A DNA stretch of 64,000 bases from an uncultured Acidobacteriota bacterium (GCA_963836075.1 CAWIIB010000009.1:800001-864000); one strand, 5' to 3'. Positions 1 to 11,011 are shown, numbered from the stretch's first letter. Notes: generated from the letters alone by a model not told the origin. Numbers and translations are program-made.

Positions 1-1536
1 CACCTGGTCGTTGAGCAGCCCTTCCCCCTTGCGCACGAAACTCTTCAGCGAATCGACGATCCCCTTGATCCGCTCCGAACCCTTGGTGATGTCGGTGACC
101 AGGGTCATCACGTGTTCGCGGAAGAAGTCGTATTTCAGGCGGGCCACCTTGAAGTCGGGGTTGTCGGCGTAGTGGGCGTCGGCGAGGGGCAGCAGGTCTT
201 CCAGGGCCTGCTCGATGATCTTGATGTTGCCCCGGATGAACTGGTTGGGATTGTTGATCTCGTGCCCCACGCCGCTCACCAGCTGGCCCAGGGATTTGAG
301 CTTGTCCGCCTGCTGGAGCTGCTGCTCAACAATCTTCTGGTTGGTGATGTCGCGGTAGAACTCGATGATCCCGTCCACCTCCTGGTCCTTGCTGAACACC
401 GGCAGGGCGTGGACCTCGTAGTAGGTATCCCCCTGCTGGATCTCGGCGGTGACCGGGGCGCGGGTTTTTCGGATCTTCTCCAGGTGGCAGTCGGCACATG
501 GAATACCCCGGTTGAACAGGGCCCGGTGGCAGGGCTGCCCCGGTTCCAGGTGGTCGCGGTTGGTCATGATGATTTCAAAGTTCTTGTCCAGCATCACCAC
601 CTGGTCGGGGATGGCCCGGAACATGGTGTCCAGGGTCCGTTTCGATTCGCTGAACCCGCTGTGCACCTGGTCGAGGTAGGCGTTGACCCGGTCCAGCTTG
701 CCCCGCTGGTCCACCAGCTCCTTGGTCCGGCTCTCGATGGTCTGCTCCAGGGCGGCCAGCTTGCGGGCGAACTCGCTGGCCTCCTCCTGCCGCATCTCCA
801 GTGTGTCGGCCAGGTGCTGCCGCTCCAGAGCCATGCCGAGGAAGCGGGTGATCTCGTCCAGCAGCCGCTGTTCTTCGGGCAAGACCTCGATCTGCGGGTC
901 GTCATAGCCGACCACGATCTCACCCACCGGCTCGCCGCTGACCCTGATGGTGCTTTTCACCACCCGGTCGGCCGATGGGCGGGCGCCGTATTCCTGGTTC
1001 CGGTATTCGGAATAGACCACCACGTGTTCGGGGAAGTGCATCCCCGGGGCCATGTACTTGGGGAACTGGGTGAAGAACTCCTGGATCGAGGTGGAATCGT
1101 GGATCCACTCGGCCACCGAGTAGAGGCAGGCCAGTTCCTTGGCCCGCTCCACCCGCTCCCAGTCCGACTTCAGGCCGAGCGTGCCCACGTCGGTGGCCAG
1201 GCTGGAGCGGAAGAGGAAGAGACGGCCGTCGTCGGTTTCGGTGGTACCGGTCTTGAAGACCACCGGCCGGCTGGCGTCCTTCGGTTTCCAGTAGACGGTG
1301 ATCTTCCGTTCGCCGGCGCCCACCCGGCCGGCACCCTGGCGGAACCGGCCGATGGCGTCGGGCTCGATCAGGTCGGCCAGATGAAGACCCGGCTGCTGGG
1401 GGTCGTCGATGCCGCAGAGCCTGGCCAGGGAAGGGCTGAGGTGCCGCACCTGTTCGTTCTCGTCGATGACCAGCAGGTAGTCGAAGCTGTTCTCGAAGAG
1501 GTTGAGCAGGTCTTCGAGGGAGATGCGCTCGGTCAT
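1..1536 (-). CDS. PAS/GAF-like domain sensor histidine kinase (NtrB-like), truncated by window edge
   Basis: Not in the ORF track because it is open to the left edge. Manual translation from ATG at 1536 gives MTERISLEDLLNLFENSFDYLLVIDE..., an ERAKELACLY segment, PAS-like DTMFRAIPDQVVMLD, and H-box QQADKLKSLGQLVSGVGHEINNPNQF. Confidence 0.9.
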   Translation of the reverse strand, partial: MTERISLEDLLNLFENSFDYLLVIDENEQVRHLSPSLARLCGIDDPQQPGLHLADLIEPDAIGRFRQGAGRVGAGERKITVYWKPKDASRPVVFKTGTTETDDGRLFLFRSSLATDVGTLGLKSDWERVERAKELACLYSVAEWIHDSTSIQEFFTQFPKYMAPGMHFPEHVVVYSEYRNQEYGARPSADRVVKSTIRVSGEPVGEIVVGYDDPQIEVLPEEQRLLDEITRFLGMALERQHLADTLEMRQEEASEFARKLAALEQTIESRTKELVDQRGKLDRVNAYLDQVHSGFSESKRTLDTMFRAIPDQVVMLDKNFEIIMTNRDHLEPGQPCHRALFNRGIPCADCHLEKIRKTRAPVTAEIQQGDTYYEVHALPVFSKDQEVDGIIEFYRDITNQKIVEQQLQQADKLKSLGQLVSGVGHEINNPNQFIRGNIKIIEQALEDLLPLADAHYADNPDFKVARLKYDFFREHVMTLVTDITKGSERIKGIVDSLKSFVRKGEGLLNDQV

Positions 1537-1559
1537 GGGTGGCCTCGGAAGAGTAGCTT

Positions 1560-1621
1560 GGGGACGTACATGAATTTATTCCTTTTTGGATTCAAAAAGG
1601 AATAAATTCATGTACGTCCCC
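1560..1621. repeat. Perfect 29-bp-arm palindrome with GGGGAC...GTCCCC ends (REP/MITE-like)
   Basis: ggggacgtacatgaatttattcctttttg-gatt-caaaaaggaataaattcatgtacgtcccc; intergenic. Confidence 0.85.
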
Positions 1622-1628
1622 GCAATCT

Positions 1629-4600
1629 TTACTGCCGGGCGCCCACCCGGAAGTGCTCAAGCCCCACCTCGCGGACCGAGCGGCGGTAGAGCGCGCTGGC
1701 GTTGAACGCCGGCACCCGCGGGGCGGGGCGTGCCGAGGCATCGGCCACCACCAGGCTGCCGCTGCCGTCCCAGGCGTGCTCCTCGCCGGTGTTCCAGAGG
1801 AAGGGCAGGTGCGGTCCCAGGTGGCCACGAGCCGCTTCGGCGATACCGGCGGTGAGCGCCTCCACGTTGTCCGGCACGTCGAGGCCCAGCTGGGCGGCCA
1901 GGCCGGCCAGCACTTGCCAGCCGGCGGCGCCGGCGGGCGGTTTGACCGCCGGGCTGTAGCGGAGCACCCGACCCTCGAAGTTGCAGCGGGTGCCGCCGCT
2001 CTCCAGGAAGGTGCTCCCCGGGATGGCCACGTCGGCGAAGAGGGTGGTCTCGGTCTGGGCCCAGTCCACCGCGGCGAGGAACTCCACGCCGCCGAAGTAC
2101 GAGGCCACGCGGTCGGTGCTCATCGGGTCCTCGCTGATCACCAGCGCGGCCTTGATCTTGCCCTCGCGGAGCATGCCGAACAGCTCTTCCCTGGTCCTGG
2201 CCCCGGGAAGCCCGTTGGCCGCAACCCGGCCCACGGTAAAGGCCGGGTCGGCGCCGCTGATCTCCATCCCCGCGCCATTGGCGGCCAGGGAGGGGATGAT
2301 CAGTTCACTGGAACCGCCGCGGGCCCGGATCAGCAGGGCCAGGTTGGCCACCACCTGCAGGTCGCCGGGGGAGAGATCGCGTGAGCGGTCCGGGCACTGC
2401 ACCAGCACCACCTTCTTCGCCGCGGCGATCATCTCCGCCGCCTTTTTCGACTGTGACTGTTCCACGCCGGTGATCGAGCAGGTGGTGTCGGCGTCGTAGC
2501 CGGTGATGTGGTCGAGGAAGGCCTTGCCTCCGGGGAGCTGCTCCACGGATTCCCGCGGAAAGTGGCCCTGTTCAATCAGTCCCCGGGTGACGCAGTTCCA
2601 GAAGCGGGCCGCGGTACCCCGCATCGGGTCGAGATAGAGGTCGGCCAGATCGACCAGCGCCTGTTTCGTCGACCCGGTGACGATCAGCTTCGTGCCCGCC
2701 TTGGCCGCGTCGATGATCTCGCTGCCCAGGATCAGGAAGTAGTTCTGGGGATCGATGTTGTTGCAGATGATCAGGTCGGCGTCACGGAGCGCCGTGCGGT
2801 CGGCGGTGGAGGCGGTGAAGCCGAACGACTGGTCCAGCGCGCCGCTGGTGCCCCCGGTCTCCAGGATGGCGATGGAGGTGATGTTGTTGGTCCCCAGCCC
2901 CTCCCGGGCGATCCGCCCGGCCAGGTACATCTCTTCGTTGGTCACGTCGGGGTAGAGAAAGACGCCCACCGATTCGGGGCCGTGCTTCTCGGCCACGGCA
3001 CGCAGGCCCTCGGCCGCCCGCTTGTACGCCTCTTCGTGGGACACCGCACGGTGCTCCATTCCCTCCCTGATCCGCGGGCCGTCGAGGCGCTTGCCGCGGA
3101 TGAACAGTTCGGTGCCGAAGCGGCCGTCGTGACAGAGATACTCGCCGGGCACGCCCGAGGGACGGACGAAGTAGCGGGTGTCCGAGATGCCGCAGACGGT
3201 GATCGGGCAGCCGATGGAGCAGAAGCCGCAGTGGCTCTTCTCCAGCTCGAGGTCGAGAGCCGCCCGGCCTTCGTAGGCGAACTTGGCGCTGATGGCGCCG
3301 GTGGGACAGGCGTCGATACAGTTGCCGCAGGAGATGCAGCTGGTCTCCACCAGCGGGTCGTTCATCGCCGGGCGCATCTCGGCCTGGAAACCGCGGTTGA
3401 TCAGCCCCAGGGCCGAGATGGGCAGCACCCGCTCGCAGGTGCGGATGCAGCGGGCGCAGAGGATGCACTTGTTCGGGTCGTAGATCACGTAGGGATGGCG
3501 GTCGTCCACCTTGTGCTTGCGCACGTAGCCCTTGAAGTGGTCCATGTCCACTTCGTATTCCTCGGCCAGCAGCCGCAGGTCGCACCAGTCAAAGGCCAGG
3601 CAGCCGCAGGAGAGGCAGCGGTGCGGCCTCGTGTTCCATGTCCTCGTGGTCATAACCGGTGGACACCTCGGCAAAGCTGCCCTTGCGCTGCTCCACCGGG
3701 ATGGTGTGCACCTCGTGGCGCGGGCTCTGGGGGATCTCACCCAGCTCCTTCTTGCCCGGGCGGGCCCAGAACTCCTTGGTCACGCCGAACGGCTCCTGCT
3801 CCAGCGGTTCGCCGGAAAGGAAGGCGTGGATCGCCCGGGCCGCGCGCTGGCCGTCGCGGATGGCGTCGATGACCACCGTGGGGCCGTCGTCGGCCGCGTC
3901 GCCGCCGGCATACATCCCCTCGACGTTGGTTTCCATGGTCCTGGTGTCGATGTCGAAGGTGGCCCAGCGGGAGACGCCCGGCTCGGCCTCCTGGCCGCTG
4001 AGAATCTCTTCGATGAGCGGGGTCTGGCCGATGGAGGGCATGGCCCAGTCGCAGGGCAGGTCGAAGTCGGAGCCTTCCTGGGGCACCGGCCGGCGGCGGC
4101 CCGAGGCGTCGGGCTCGCCCAGGGTCATGCGCACGCAGCGCAGCGCCTTGAGACTGCCGTCCTCCTTGCGCACGATGCCCACCGGGGCCATCAGCTCCAT
4201 CAGCTCGATGCCCTCTTCGAGCAGGTCGTGCGACTTCCACTTCGTCGGCCGGCATCTCCGCCCGGGTGCGGCGGTAGAGCACGATCACCTTGTCGCGCCT
4301 TCAGCCGCCAGGCGGTGCGGGCCACGTCCACCGCGGTGTTGCCGCCGCCGATCACCACCACCGTGCCGGTCATCGGCTCGGGCTTCTGGGTCTTCTCCAG
4401 CAGGAAGTCGACGCCGCGCACCACGCCCGGGGTCTCGTCCTCGCCCTTGACATACATCCCCTTGCCGCCCGAGGCGCCGGGAGCGAGGAAGACCGCGCCG
4501 TGCTCGGCACGCAGCTGGTCGAGGGTGACGTCCTTGCCCACCCGCATGTCGCAGCGGATCTCGGCGCCGGCCTTGCGGATGTAGTCGATCTCCTCGTCCA

Positions 4601-5333
4601 GGTCGGCCTTGGGCAGCCGGTACTCGGGGATGCCGTAGCGCAGCATGCCGCCGGGCGCCGGCAGCGCCTCGTAGATCACCGGATCGTAGCCCTTGCGCCC
4701 CAGGAACCAGGCGGCGGTGAGGCCGGCCGGGCCGCTGCCCACGATGCCCACGCTCTTGCCCCGGGAGGGCTCGCGCACCGGGTCGTGGTCAAAGGCCTCG
4801 GGCATGTCGGTGACATAGCGCTTGATGTTGTTGATGCCCACCGGGGCGTCCACGTCGCAGCGGCGGCAGACCACCTCGCACTTGCGGACGCAGATCCGGC
4901 CGCAGATGCCGGGCAGCGGGTTGGTCTCGCGGATCAGGTCCACCGCCTTGCCGTACTCGCCCATGTCGGCCAGGGCGATGTAGCCCTGGACGTCCACGTG
5001 GGCCGGGCAACCCAGCGTGCAGGGGGCCAGGCAGTCGGCGTAGTGGTTGGAGAGCAGCAGCTCCAGCGCCGTGCGTCGCGAGCGCACGATCCGCTCGTTC
5101 TTCGTCGTGACCTTCATCCCCGGGGCCACCGGGGTGGCGCAGGAGGGGGCCAGGCCGGGCCGCCCCTCGATCTCCACCACGCAAAGGAAGCAGGAGGCGT
5201 AGGGTTTCAGTTCCGGCGAGTGGCAGAGGGTGGGGATGGTGTCCAGCTCGTGCTCCTGCACCACCTCGAGGATGGTCTGCCCCGCCCGGGCCTCGATCTC
5301 TTTGCCGTTGATTTCAAGGGTGATGGTGCTCAT
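1629..5333 (-). CDS. Large Fe-S flavoprotein: [2Fe-2S] + GltD/NfnB-like FAD domain + 2[4Fe-4S] + molybdopterin-oxidoreductase-like domain (StnC-like); split by ~3 frameshifts
   Basis: Track ORFs 4200..5333 (PTLCH..CFLCVVE..PSC, GSGPAG, GGGNTA), start of 3737..4288 (VLYRRTRAEMPA), 3589..4200 (AGGDA) and 1629..3740 (KCILCARCIRTC, CISCGNCIDACP, CGFCSIGC, ADVAIPGSTFLESGGTRCN) join into one ~1230-aa protein. Frameshifts near 4290, 4230 and 3625. Confidence 0.85.
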
Positions 5334-7143
5334 TCTCCCACCTCCTGGCCCGCGGGCTCTTCAACAAAGGTGGGGCAGGTTTTAAGCACCGCACCGAAGG
5401 TGCAGGCGGTGACGCACTTGCCGCACTTGACACAGAGTGACTGGTCCACCACGTGTATTTCCTTGGTTGCGCCGGTGATGGCCTCCACCGGACAGTCCCG
5501 GGCACAGAGGGTGCAGCCGGTGCAGGCTTCGGCGTCGATGACGTAGTCGACGAGGCTGCCGCAGCTGCAGGCCGGGCAGATTTTCTTGTCGATGTGCGCC
5601 GTGAACTCGTCCATGTAGTAGCGCATGGTGGAGAGCACCGGGTTGGGCGCGGTCTGGCCCAGCCCGCAGAGGCTGGCCTCCTTGATCCGCTCGCCCAGCT
5701 CAAGCAGCCGGTCCGGGTCGTCCGGCTCGCCCTCGCCCTTGACGATCCGCTCGAGGATCTCCAGCATCCGCCGGGTGCCGATGCGGCAGAAGGTGCACTT
5801 GCCGCACGACTCGTCCTGGGTGAAGTCGAGGAAGAAGCGGGCCATGTCCACCATGCAGGTGGTGTCGTCCATGACCACCATGCCGCCGGAACCCATGATC
5901 GCCCCGGTCTTGGGGATGTTCTCGAAGTCCACCGGGGTGTCCTTGAGTGCGGCCGGGATGCAGCCGCCCGAGGGGCCGCCCATCTGCACCGCCTTGAACT
6001 CGCGGCCCTCCTTGATCCCGCCGCCGATCCGAAGACGATCTCCTCGATGGTCATGCCCATCGGCACCTCGGCCAGCCCGCCCTTGGCCACCTTGCCGGCC
6101 AGGGCGAAGACCTTGGTGCCCGGGCTCTTCTCGGTGCCGTACTTGCGGTAGGCCGCCCCGCCGTTGGTGATGATCCAGGGCACGTTGGCGTAGGTTTCCA
6201 CGTTGTTGTTGTTGGTCGGTTTGCCGAAAACCCCCGACTCGGCGGGGAACGGCGGGCGGATGCGCGGCATGCCCCGCTCGCCCTCGATGGAGGCGAAGAG
6301 GGCCGTCTCTTCGCCGCAGACAAAGGCGCCGGCGCCCTGCTTGATGGTGATCTCGAAGTCGAAGCCCGAGCCGAGGATGTTCTTGCCGAGGTAGCCCTTC
6401 TCCCGGGCGGCGGTGATGGCCGTCTCCAGGCGCTTGATGGCCAGCGGGTATTCGGCACGGCAGTAGATGTAGCCCACCGAGGCGCCGATGGCCTTGCCGC
6501 AGACGATCATGCCCTCGAGCACGGCGTGGGGGTCGCCCTCCAGCACCGAGCGGTCCATGAACGCCCCGGGGTCACCCTCGTCGGCGTTGCAGACCACGTA
6601 TTTCACGTCGCCGGCATTGCCCGCGGCAAAGGACCACTTGAGACCGGTGGGGAAACCTGCTCCGCCGCGGCCCCGCAGACCCGAGCTCTTGACCTCCTCG
6701 ATCACTTCTTCGGGGGTCATCTCCAGCAGCGCCTTCCTCGTCGCCTGGTAGCCGCCGCTGGCCTCGTACTCTTCGATCGACTCGGGATTGATCACACCGC
6801 AGTTGCGCAGCACGATGCGGGTCTGCCCCTCGAGGAAGTTCTTCTCCTGGCCGGCCTCGACGGTGCCGTTGCTCGACTGGAAGACCATGCCGTCGGGCGG
6901 CTCCTCGCCGCCACGGAGATACTCGACGATGGCCTCGGCCTTCTTGGGCGTGACCTCGCCGTAGATGGTCCGCTTGTCGCCATCGCGCACCTCCACCAGC
7001 GGCTCGCGGAAGCACATCCCGATGCAGCCGGTGATGTCCAGCTGGTCGTCACCGCCTTCCAGCAGTTCGGCCAGCTTCTCGTATGTGTCCTTGGCGCCGG
7101 CGGATATGCCGCAGGTGCTCATTCCCACCAGGATCTTGCACAT
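5330..7143 (-). CDS. nuoF: NuoF/HydB-like FMN/NADH-binding subunit with N-terminal [2Fe-2S] and C-terminal 2[4Fe-4S] (StnB/BfuB-like); frameshift near 6030
   Basis: GLRGRGGAGFPTG, CNADEGDPGAFMDR and GAGAFVCGEETAL in 5314..7143. GGPSGGC, ESCGKCTFCRIG, SLCGLG and two CxxCxxCxxxC motifs in 5330..5989. Confidence 0.92.
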
Positions 7144-7163
7144 TCACTTACTCCATTCCCCGG

Positions 7164-7703
7164 TCAGCTGGCCGGGGTTGCCGGCGTTTCCGCCGGGGCC
7201 GGGGTCGGGGTCGCCACGGGAGGCCGTTCGCCGGCCAGGGCCTTGCGCCGGATCTTGCGCAGGATCCGCCGCGTGGTGCTCGGCTTGAGGTTGCCGTAAG
7301 TCTCGTCGTTGACCATCATCACCGGGGCCAGCGAGCAGCAGCCGATGCAGGCCACCGAGAAGAGCGTGTAGACCCCGTCCTCGGTGGTGTCGTTGACCTC
7401 GATACCCAGCTCGTCCTCAATGGTGTCCTGCAGCAGGCTGGCGTTGGCCACGTGGCAGGCCGTGCCGGTGCAGAGCCGGATCACGTACTGTCCCATGGGC
7501 TGCAGCCGGAACTGGCTGTAGAAGGTGATCACCCCGTAGATCGTCGACTCGGGGATGCGGGTCACGCCGGAGATGTACTTGATCGCCCGCCGCGGGATGT
7601 AGCCGAAGTGCTCCTGCGCCGACTGCAGGAGCGGGATCAGCTCTCCGGGCGTTCCGTCGTGACGCCAGAGACGATAACTGAAACCTGCTTCTTTCTGTTG
7701 CAT
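7164..7703 (-). CDS. nuoE: NuoE/HydC-like [2Fe-2S] subunit (StnA-like)
   Basis: LIPLLQSAQEHFGYIP, GVITFYSQF, CTGTACHV, ACIGCCSLAPV. Confidence 0.93.
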   Translation of the reverse strand: MQQKEAGFSYRLWRHDGTPGELIPLLQSAQEHFGYIPRRAIKYISGVTRIPESTIYGVITFYSQFRLQPMGQYVIRLCTGTACHVANASLLQDTIEDELGIEVNDTTEDGVYTLFSVACIGCCSLAPVMMVNDETYGNLKPSTTRRILRKIRRKALAGERPPVATPTPAPAETPATPAS

Positions 7704-7711
7704 GAAGACCC

Positions 7712-8698
7712 CTACATATCTTCCAGTTTGATGATGCCGGCTTCCTTGACCCGCAGAACCCCGTCGATCTGCGAGAGCTTCTCGATTATTTTCGGGGTTT
7801 TGCCGAAGGCGCCGACCTCGGAGATGATGCCGATCAGCTTGGTCCCGTCATCCACCATGTCACAGAACAGCACCTCGTCGAGGAAGGTCAGGGTGGTGAA
7901 GACCTGCTGGAAATATTCCTTGTCGATGTCGACGATGACATAGCTGCGAAGCGCCGACGGGTCGGGCGATTCGCCGTCAGCCGGCTCGCTCACCGCGGCC
8001 CTGTAAGTGGTGATGAACTGGTCCACGTGCCGGTCGAGCCGCGGGCGCTCCACCCGGGACAGCGAGACCACCTGCACGCCCTCCACCGAGCGAACCTGCT
8101 GCTCCAGTGCGTCCATCGCCGCTTCGTTGGTCGCCTCCAGCTGGCAGATGATGTCCACGTCTCCGCGCACCGCGTCGCAGGCCGCCATCCCCTCGAGGCC
8201 CCGCAACTCGCGATAGATCTCCATGTCCCGGCTGCGGTCCTCGATACGGATGGTGACATAGGCGGTCATCACCTCGCGGATCTCGGCCTCGGTTGCCTCA
8301 TCCCCGCCGTCGGCGGTGGTGGCCCCGGGCTCCAGGGCCTTCAAGGCTTCCACCAGCTGGGTGATCTCGAACGGCTTGTCGAGGAACCCGGTGTTCGGCT
8401 GGGCCAGGGCCTCGGCCTCGATCTGCTCGTCGCCGAACCCGGTGATGATCAGCACCGGCAGGTCGGGGAAGGTGCGCTTGATCACCTTGAGGATCTTCAG
8501 CCCGTCGATGTCGGGCATGAAGATGTCGGAGATCAGGTAGTGATACCCCTCTCCCGCCTGGCGGGAGCGGTGCAGTTCGTGGATCGCGGAGATGCCGTCC
8601 GGGCAGGCCGTGCAGGAGTAGCCTTCCTGGGTCAGGCCGAAGGTCAGGTTGCGGCGGATCTCCGCTTCGTCATCGATGATCAGGACACGCTGGCTCAC
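7712..8698 (-). CDS. Response regulator: receiver domain plus Lrp/AsnC ligand-binding-like output domains
   Basis: VLIIDDE, ISDIFMPDIDG, IITGFG and FLDKPF define the receiver. TAYVTI...CDAVRGDVDII resembles the AsnC/RAM fold. GTG start at 8698 follows GGAGG. Confidence 0.85.
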   Translation of the reverse strand: MSQRVLIIDDEAEIRRNLTFGLTQEGYSCTACPDGISAIHELHRSRQAGEGYHYLISDIFMPDIDGLKILKVIKRTFPDLPVLIITGFGDEQIEAEALAQPNTGFLDKPFEITQLVEALKALEPGATTADGGDEATEAEIREVMTAYVTIRIEDRSRDMEIYRELRGLEGMAACDAVRGDVDIICQLEATNEAAMDALEQQVRSVEGVQVVSLSRVERPRLDRHVDQFITTYRAAVSEPADGESPDPSALRSYVIVDIDKEYFQQVFTTLTFLDEVLFCDMVDDGTKLIGIISEVGAFGKTPKIIEKLSQIDGVLRVKEAGIIKLEDM

Positions 8699-8966
8699 AG
8701 ACAATCCTCCCCACCCGCCACGGCTGTTCACGTGACGCCGGCAGAATCATTAGGGTTGGCCCGCCGGAACGACAACCGCCCACTGGGGCCACATGGAAAG
8801 CCAATACTACATAAACACTTAGGGGTGAATCAACCAGGGATATCCGGTATCGGGAAGGAGAAAGGGGAGAATCGGAATGGTGGATAAGTCAAGAGGATTT
8901 AAGAGGAAGGGGGGGGGAGTGGGGTGAGGGAGGTGGGATCGGATTCAAACCTGGGTCAGCGCAGCA

Positions 8967-9932
8967 CTATTCCAGTGTATTTGGAACCTCTCGCAAATGA
9001 GCAGTCGCACGATACTTTGAAGCAAAATCTTTATATGCTCTTCCAACTGCATCTTCAGAAAGAGCCAGCACTTCAGCTGCCTCATTTGTGGGAACTTCAT
9101 GCTCCCATGCATAAAGGAGGTAATCCAGCTTTTCAAATGAAATCCTGAAAAAGAACTCCTCATCGCTTACAGGAAGACTAAATGTATCAGGACTGGGTTG
9201 ACGATCAATAATTTCCGGAATTACTTCGAGATAGTCGGCAAGTTGGTATATTTGATTTTTGTATAAATGGGTAAATGGTTCTATATCAGTACCGCCATCA
9301 CCATATTTGCAGAAATCCCCCAATATAAATTCAGTGCGATTGGTAGTTCCGGCAACAAGGAGATTACGTCTTTCTGCTTCTGCATAAAGATGCAGCATTC
9401 GAGCCCTGATCTTAATATTTGCAAACGATGTTATGGTGAGAAATTCATTCTGTTTCAACCGTTTACTCTTTAATTCGCCATCTGGTAATTGAACTTGCAG
9501 ACGATAGAAGCTAAAGCTGGCTCGCTCCAGAAGATCTGTAGGAAGGACTATATTATATTTATATCCAGGCCTATATTCGGGAATCAAATTTTGTAGATAT
9601 TCATCTCGCCAATTATACTTAAAAATACTATCCACAGTTGAAGTGATATTGATTTGTCGATGTTCTATGCCTAACGCCTGAGCATGTTTTATCGCATATT
9701 CACTGCTAATTGGATTAGACTCTGATTCGGGAAGGACAAGTCCTATTACTTTATCTTTTCCTACAGCATGAACTGCAACAGCTGCAATGCAGGCAGAATC
9801 GATACCGCCGCTTAATCCAACTATCACGCCTTTTTTACGAAAAATAGCCTTCACTTGATACTCAATAAACTCTGAGAGTTTCTCTAGTTCCTGCACTGGG
9901 TCTATTTTTAATACATCAAGGTTGAAATTCAT
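8967..9932 (-). CDS. nadE: NH3-dependent NAD(+) synthetase
   Basis: GLSGGIDS, ANIKIRARM, AGTTNRTE..LGDFCKYGDGG, LYKNQIYQLA and QPSPD motifs; AT-rich. Confidence 0.92.
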   Translation of the reverse strand: MNFNLDVLKIDPVQELEKLSEFIEYQVKAIFRKKGVIVGLSGGIDSACIAAVAVHAVGKDKVIGLVLPESESNPISSEYAIKHAQALGIEHRQINITSTVDSIFKYNWRDEYLQNLIPEYRPGYKYNIVLPTDLLERASFSFYRLQVQLPDGELKSKRLKQNEFLTITSFANIKIRARMLHLYAEAERRNLLVAGTTNRTEFILGDFCKYGDGGTDIEPFTHLYKNQIYQLADYLEVIPEIIDRQPSPDTFSLPVSDEEFFFRISFEKLDYLLYAWEHEVPTNEAAEVLALSEDAVGRAYKDFASKYRATAHLREVPNTLE

Positions 9933-10094
9933 CAGATATCTCCTGTCAATATTTACATTTTATGTAGAGCAACCGTGAAATCATGAATCACTATTAGGTC
10001 ATTATCTAATCTAACTTGCTCATCAATGCTTCGTGCAATATTTGGCTAAAGCTGCGAATGAGCCGCTTCGGGTGGCCGCGGAGTGGCAAACTCC

Positions 10095-10211
10095 GTCTAA
10101 CGTCACCCATCACCTGCGGACAGGTGGCACGGCCGTTGCCACCTGTGAGAACGACCGGATGCACAGCAAGGACCGTGACACCTGGACGACAGGTGTATGG
10201 GCTTGTTAGGT
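10095..10211 (-). mobile_element. attC-like integron cassette recombination site
   Basis: On the minus strand it begins ACCTAAC (RYYYAAC, overlapping the TAA stop of 10206..10589) and ends GTTAGAC (GTTRRRY). Imperfect arms ctaacaagcccatacacctg / caggtgatgggtgacgttag. Confidence 0.8.
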
Positions 10212-10589
10212 GGATACTTCTACCCCTGACTTCCTCCTAACTCTCCAGGCCCCGTAGATGATCACAATCCAAACAACAGTTATGAATATCCCGAATAATC
10301 TTGAATGAACTATCTCTGCACCACCAAGGTTGTTTTCTTTAACCACTACCCCTTTAAAATCAACCAATGACCCCGGTATCAATAAGTATCCACGTGTCCA
10401 TCTTGAAGAGCTACCATCATCGCTATCTGAGTTACTCCACATAAAATACACGCAGACACGCACATTCCCTGGAAGCTGCTCATTCAATAAGGTTGTACCC
10501 TTTTCTAAAGGTACCATCCAGTCAAGGAGCACGACAAATGCCAGAACAATAATTGGTCCGAATCCTATATATATCTTCAACCATGACAT
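10206..10589 (-). CDS. Hypothetical membrane protein, gene-cassette-like
   Basis: 127-aa AT-rich ORF with hydrophobic N- and C-terminal segments. GTTAGAT core site at 10611-10617 upstream, attC downstream. Confidence 0.7.
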   Translation of the reverse strand: MSWLKIYIGFGPIIVLAFVVLLDWMVPLEKGTTLLNEQLPGNVRVCVYFMWSNSDSDDGSSSRWTRGYLLIPGSLVDFKGVVVKENNLGGAEIVHSRLFGIFITVVWIVIIYGAWRVRRKSGVEVST

Positions 10590-11011
10590 CTATAGTTCCT
10601 AGCCAATTCCATCTAACAATTGATTTTCTGGATATCCGTATATTCACGTCCCCGAATTATCTGAGGACTCTTTCCTGGCCCTGGAAGTCTTGGATCGGTG
10701 ATGGCATGAAATCCGCCTAACTAGCTTAAGAATCTGATACATATTATCCGACCTGGGCGATATTGACAAGTGTTGGCGCAACGTGCAATGAGTGACGAAT
10801 CCAGATAACCCGGCTGAGGCGTTGATATGTGGAAGGTAATGGTGAGCCGAATATCAGGACGGTAGGGTTATCCTGTTAGCATTGACGTCCGTATAAGTAA
10901 GGCATCGCCGTGGTTATCTGGAAACTTGAGGAGGCGAACAACCCACCTCCCGGCTGACAGTTTGGTCGACCCAAGAGTTGGGTACGGCGCTATTCACCCG
11001 CGACAATCGTC

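Noticed and set aside
112-1605. Long + strand ORF, and similar antisense ORFs (e.g. 13455..15368, 15275..16894, 44272..46071, 46194..48086)
   Set aside because: Shadow frames of GC-rich genes on the opposite strand, with no motifs.
1629-7703. Respiratory complex I or [FeFe]-hydrogenase
   Set aside because: No membrane Nuo subunits and no H-cluster motifs; the large subunit has GltD and Fdh-like domains.
8905-8940. G-rich run as a phase-variable tract or G-quadruplex
   Set aside because: Single intergenic homopolymer in an indel-prone assembly, with no supporting context.
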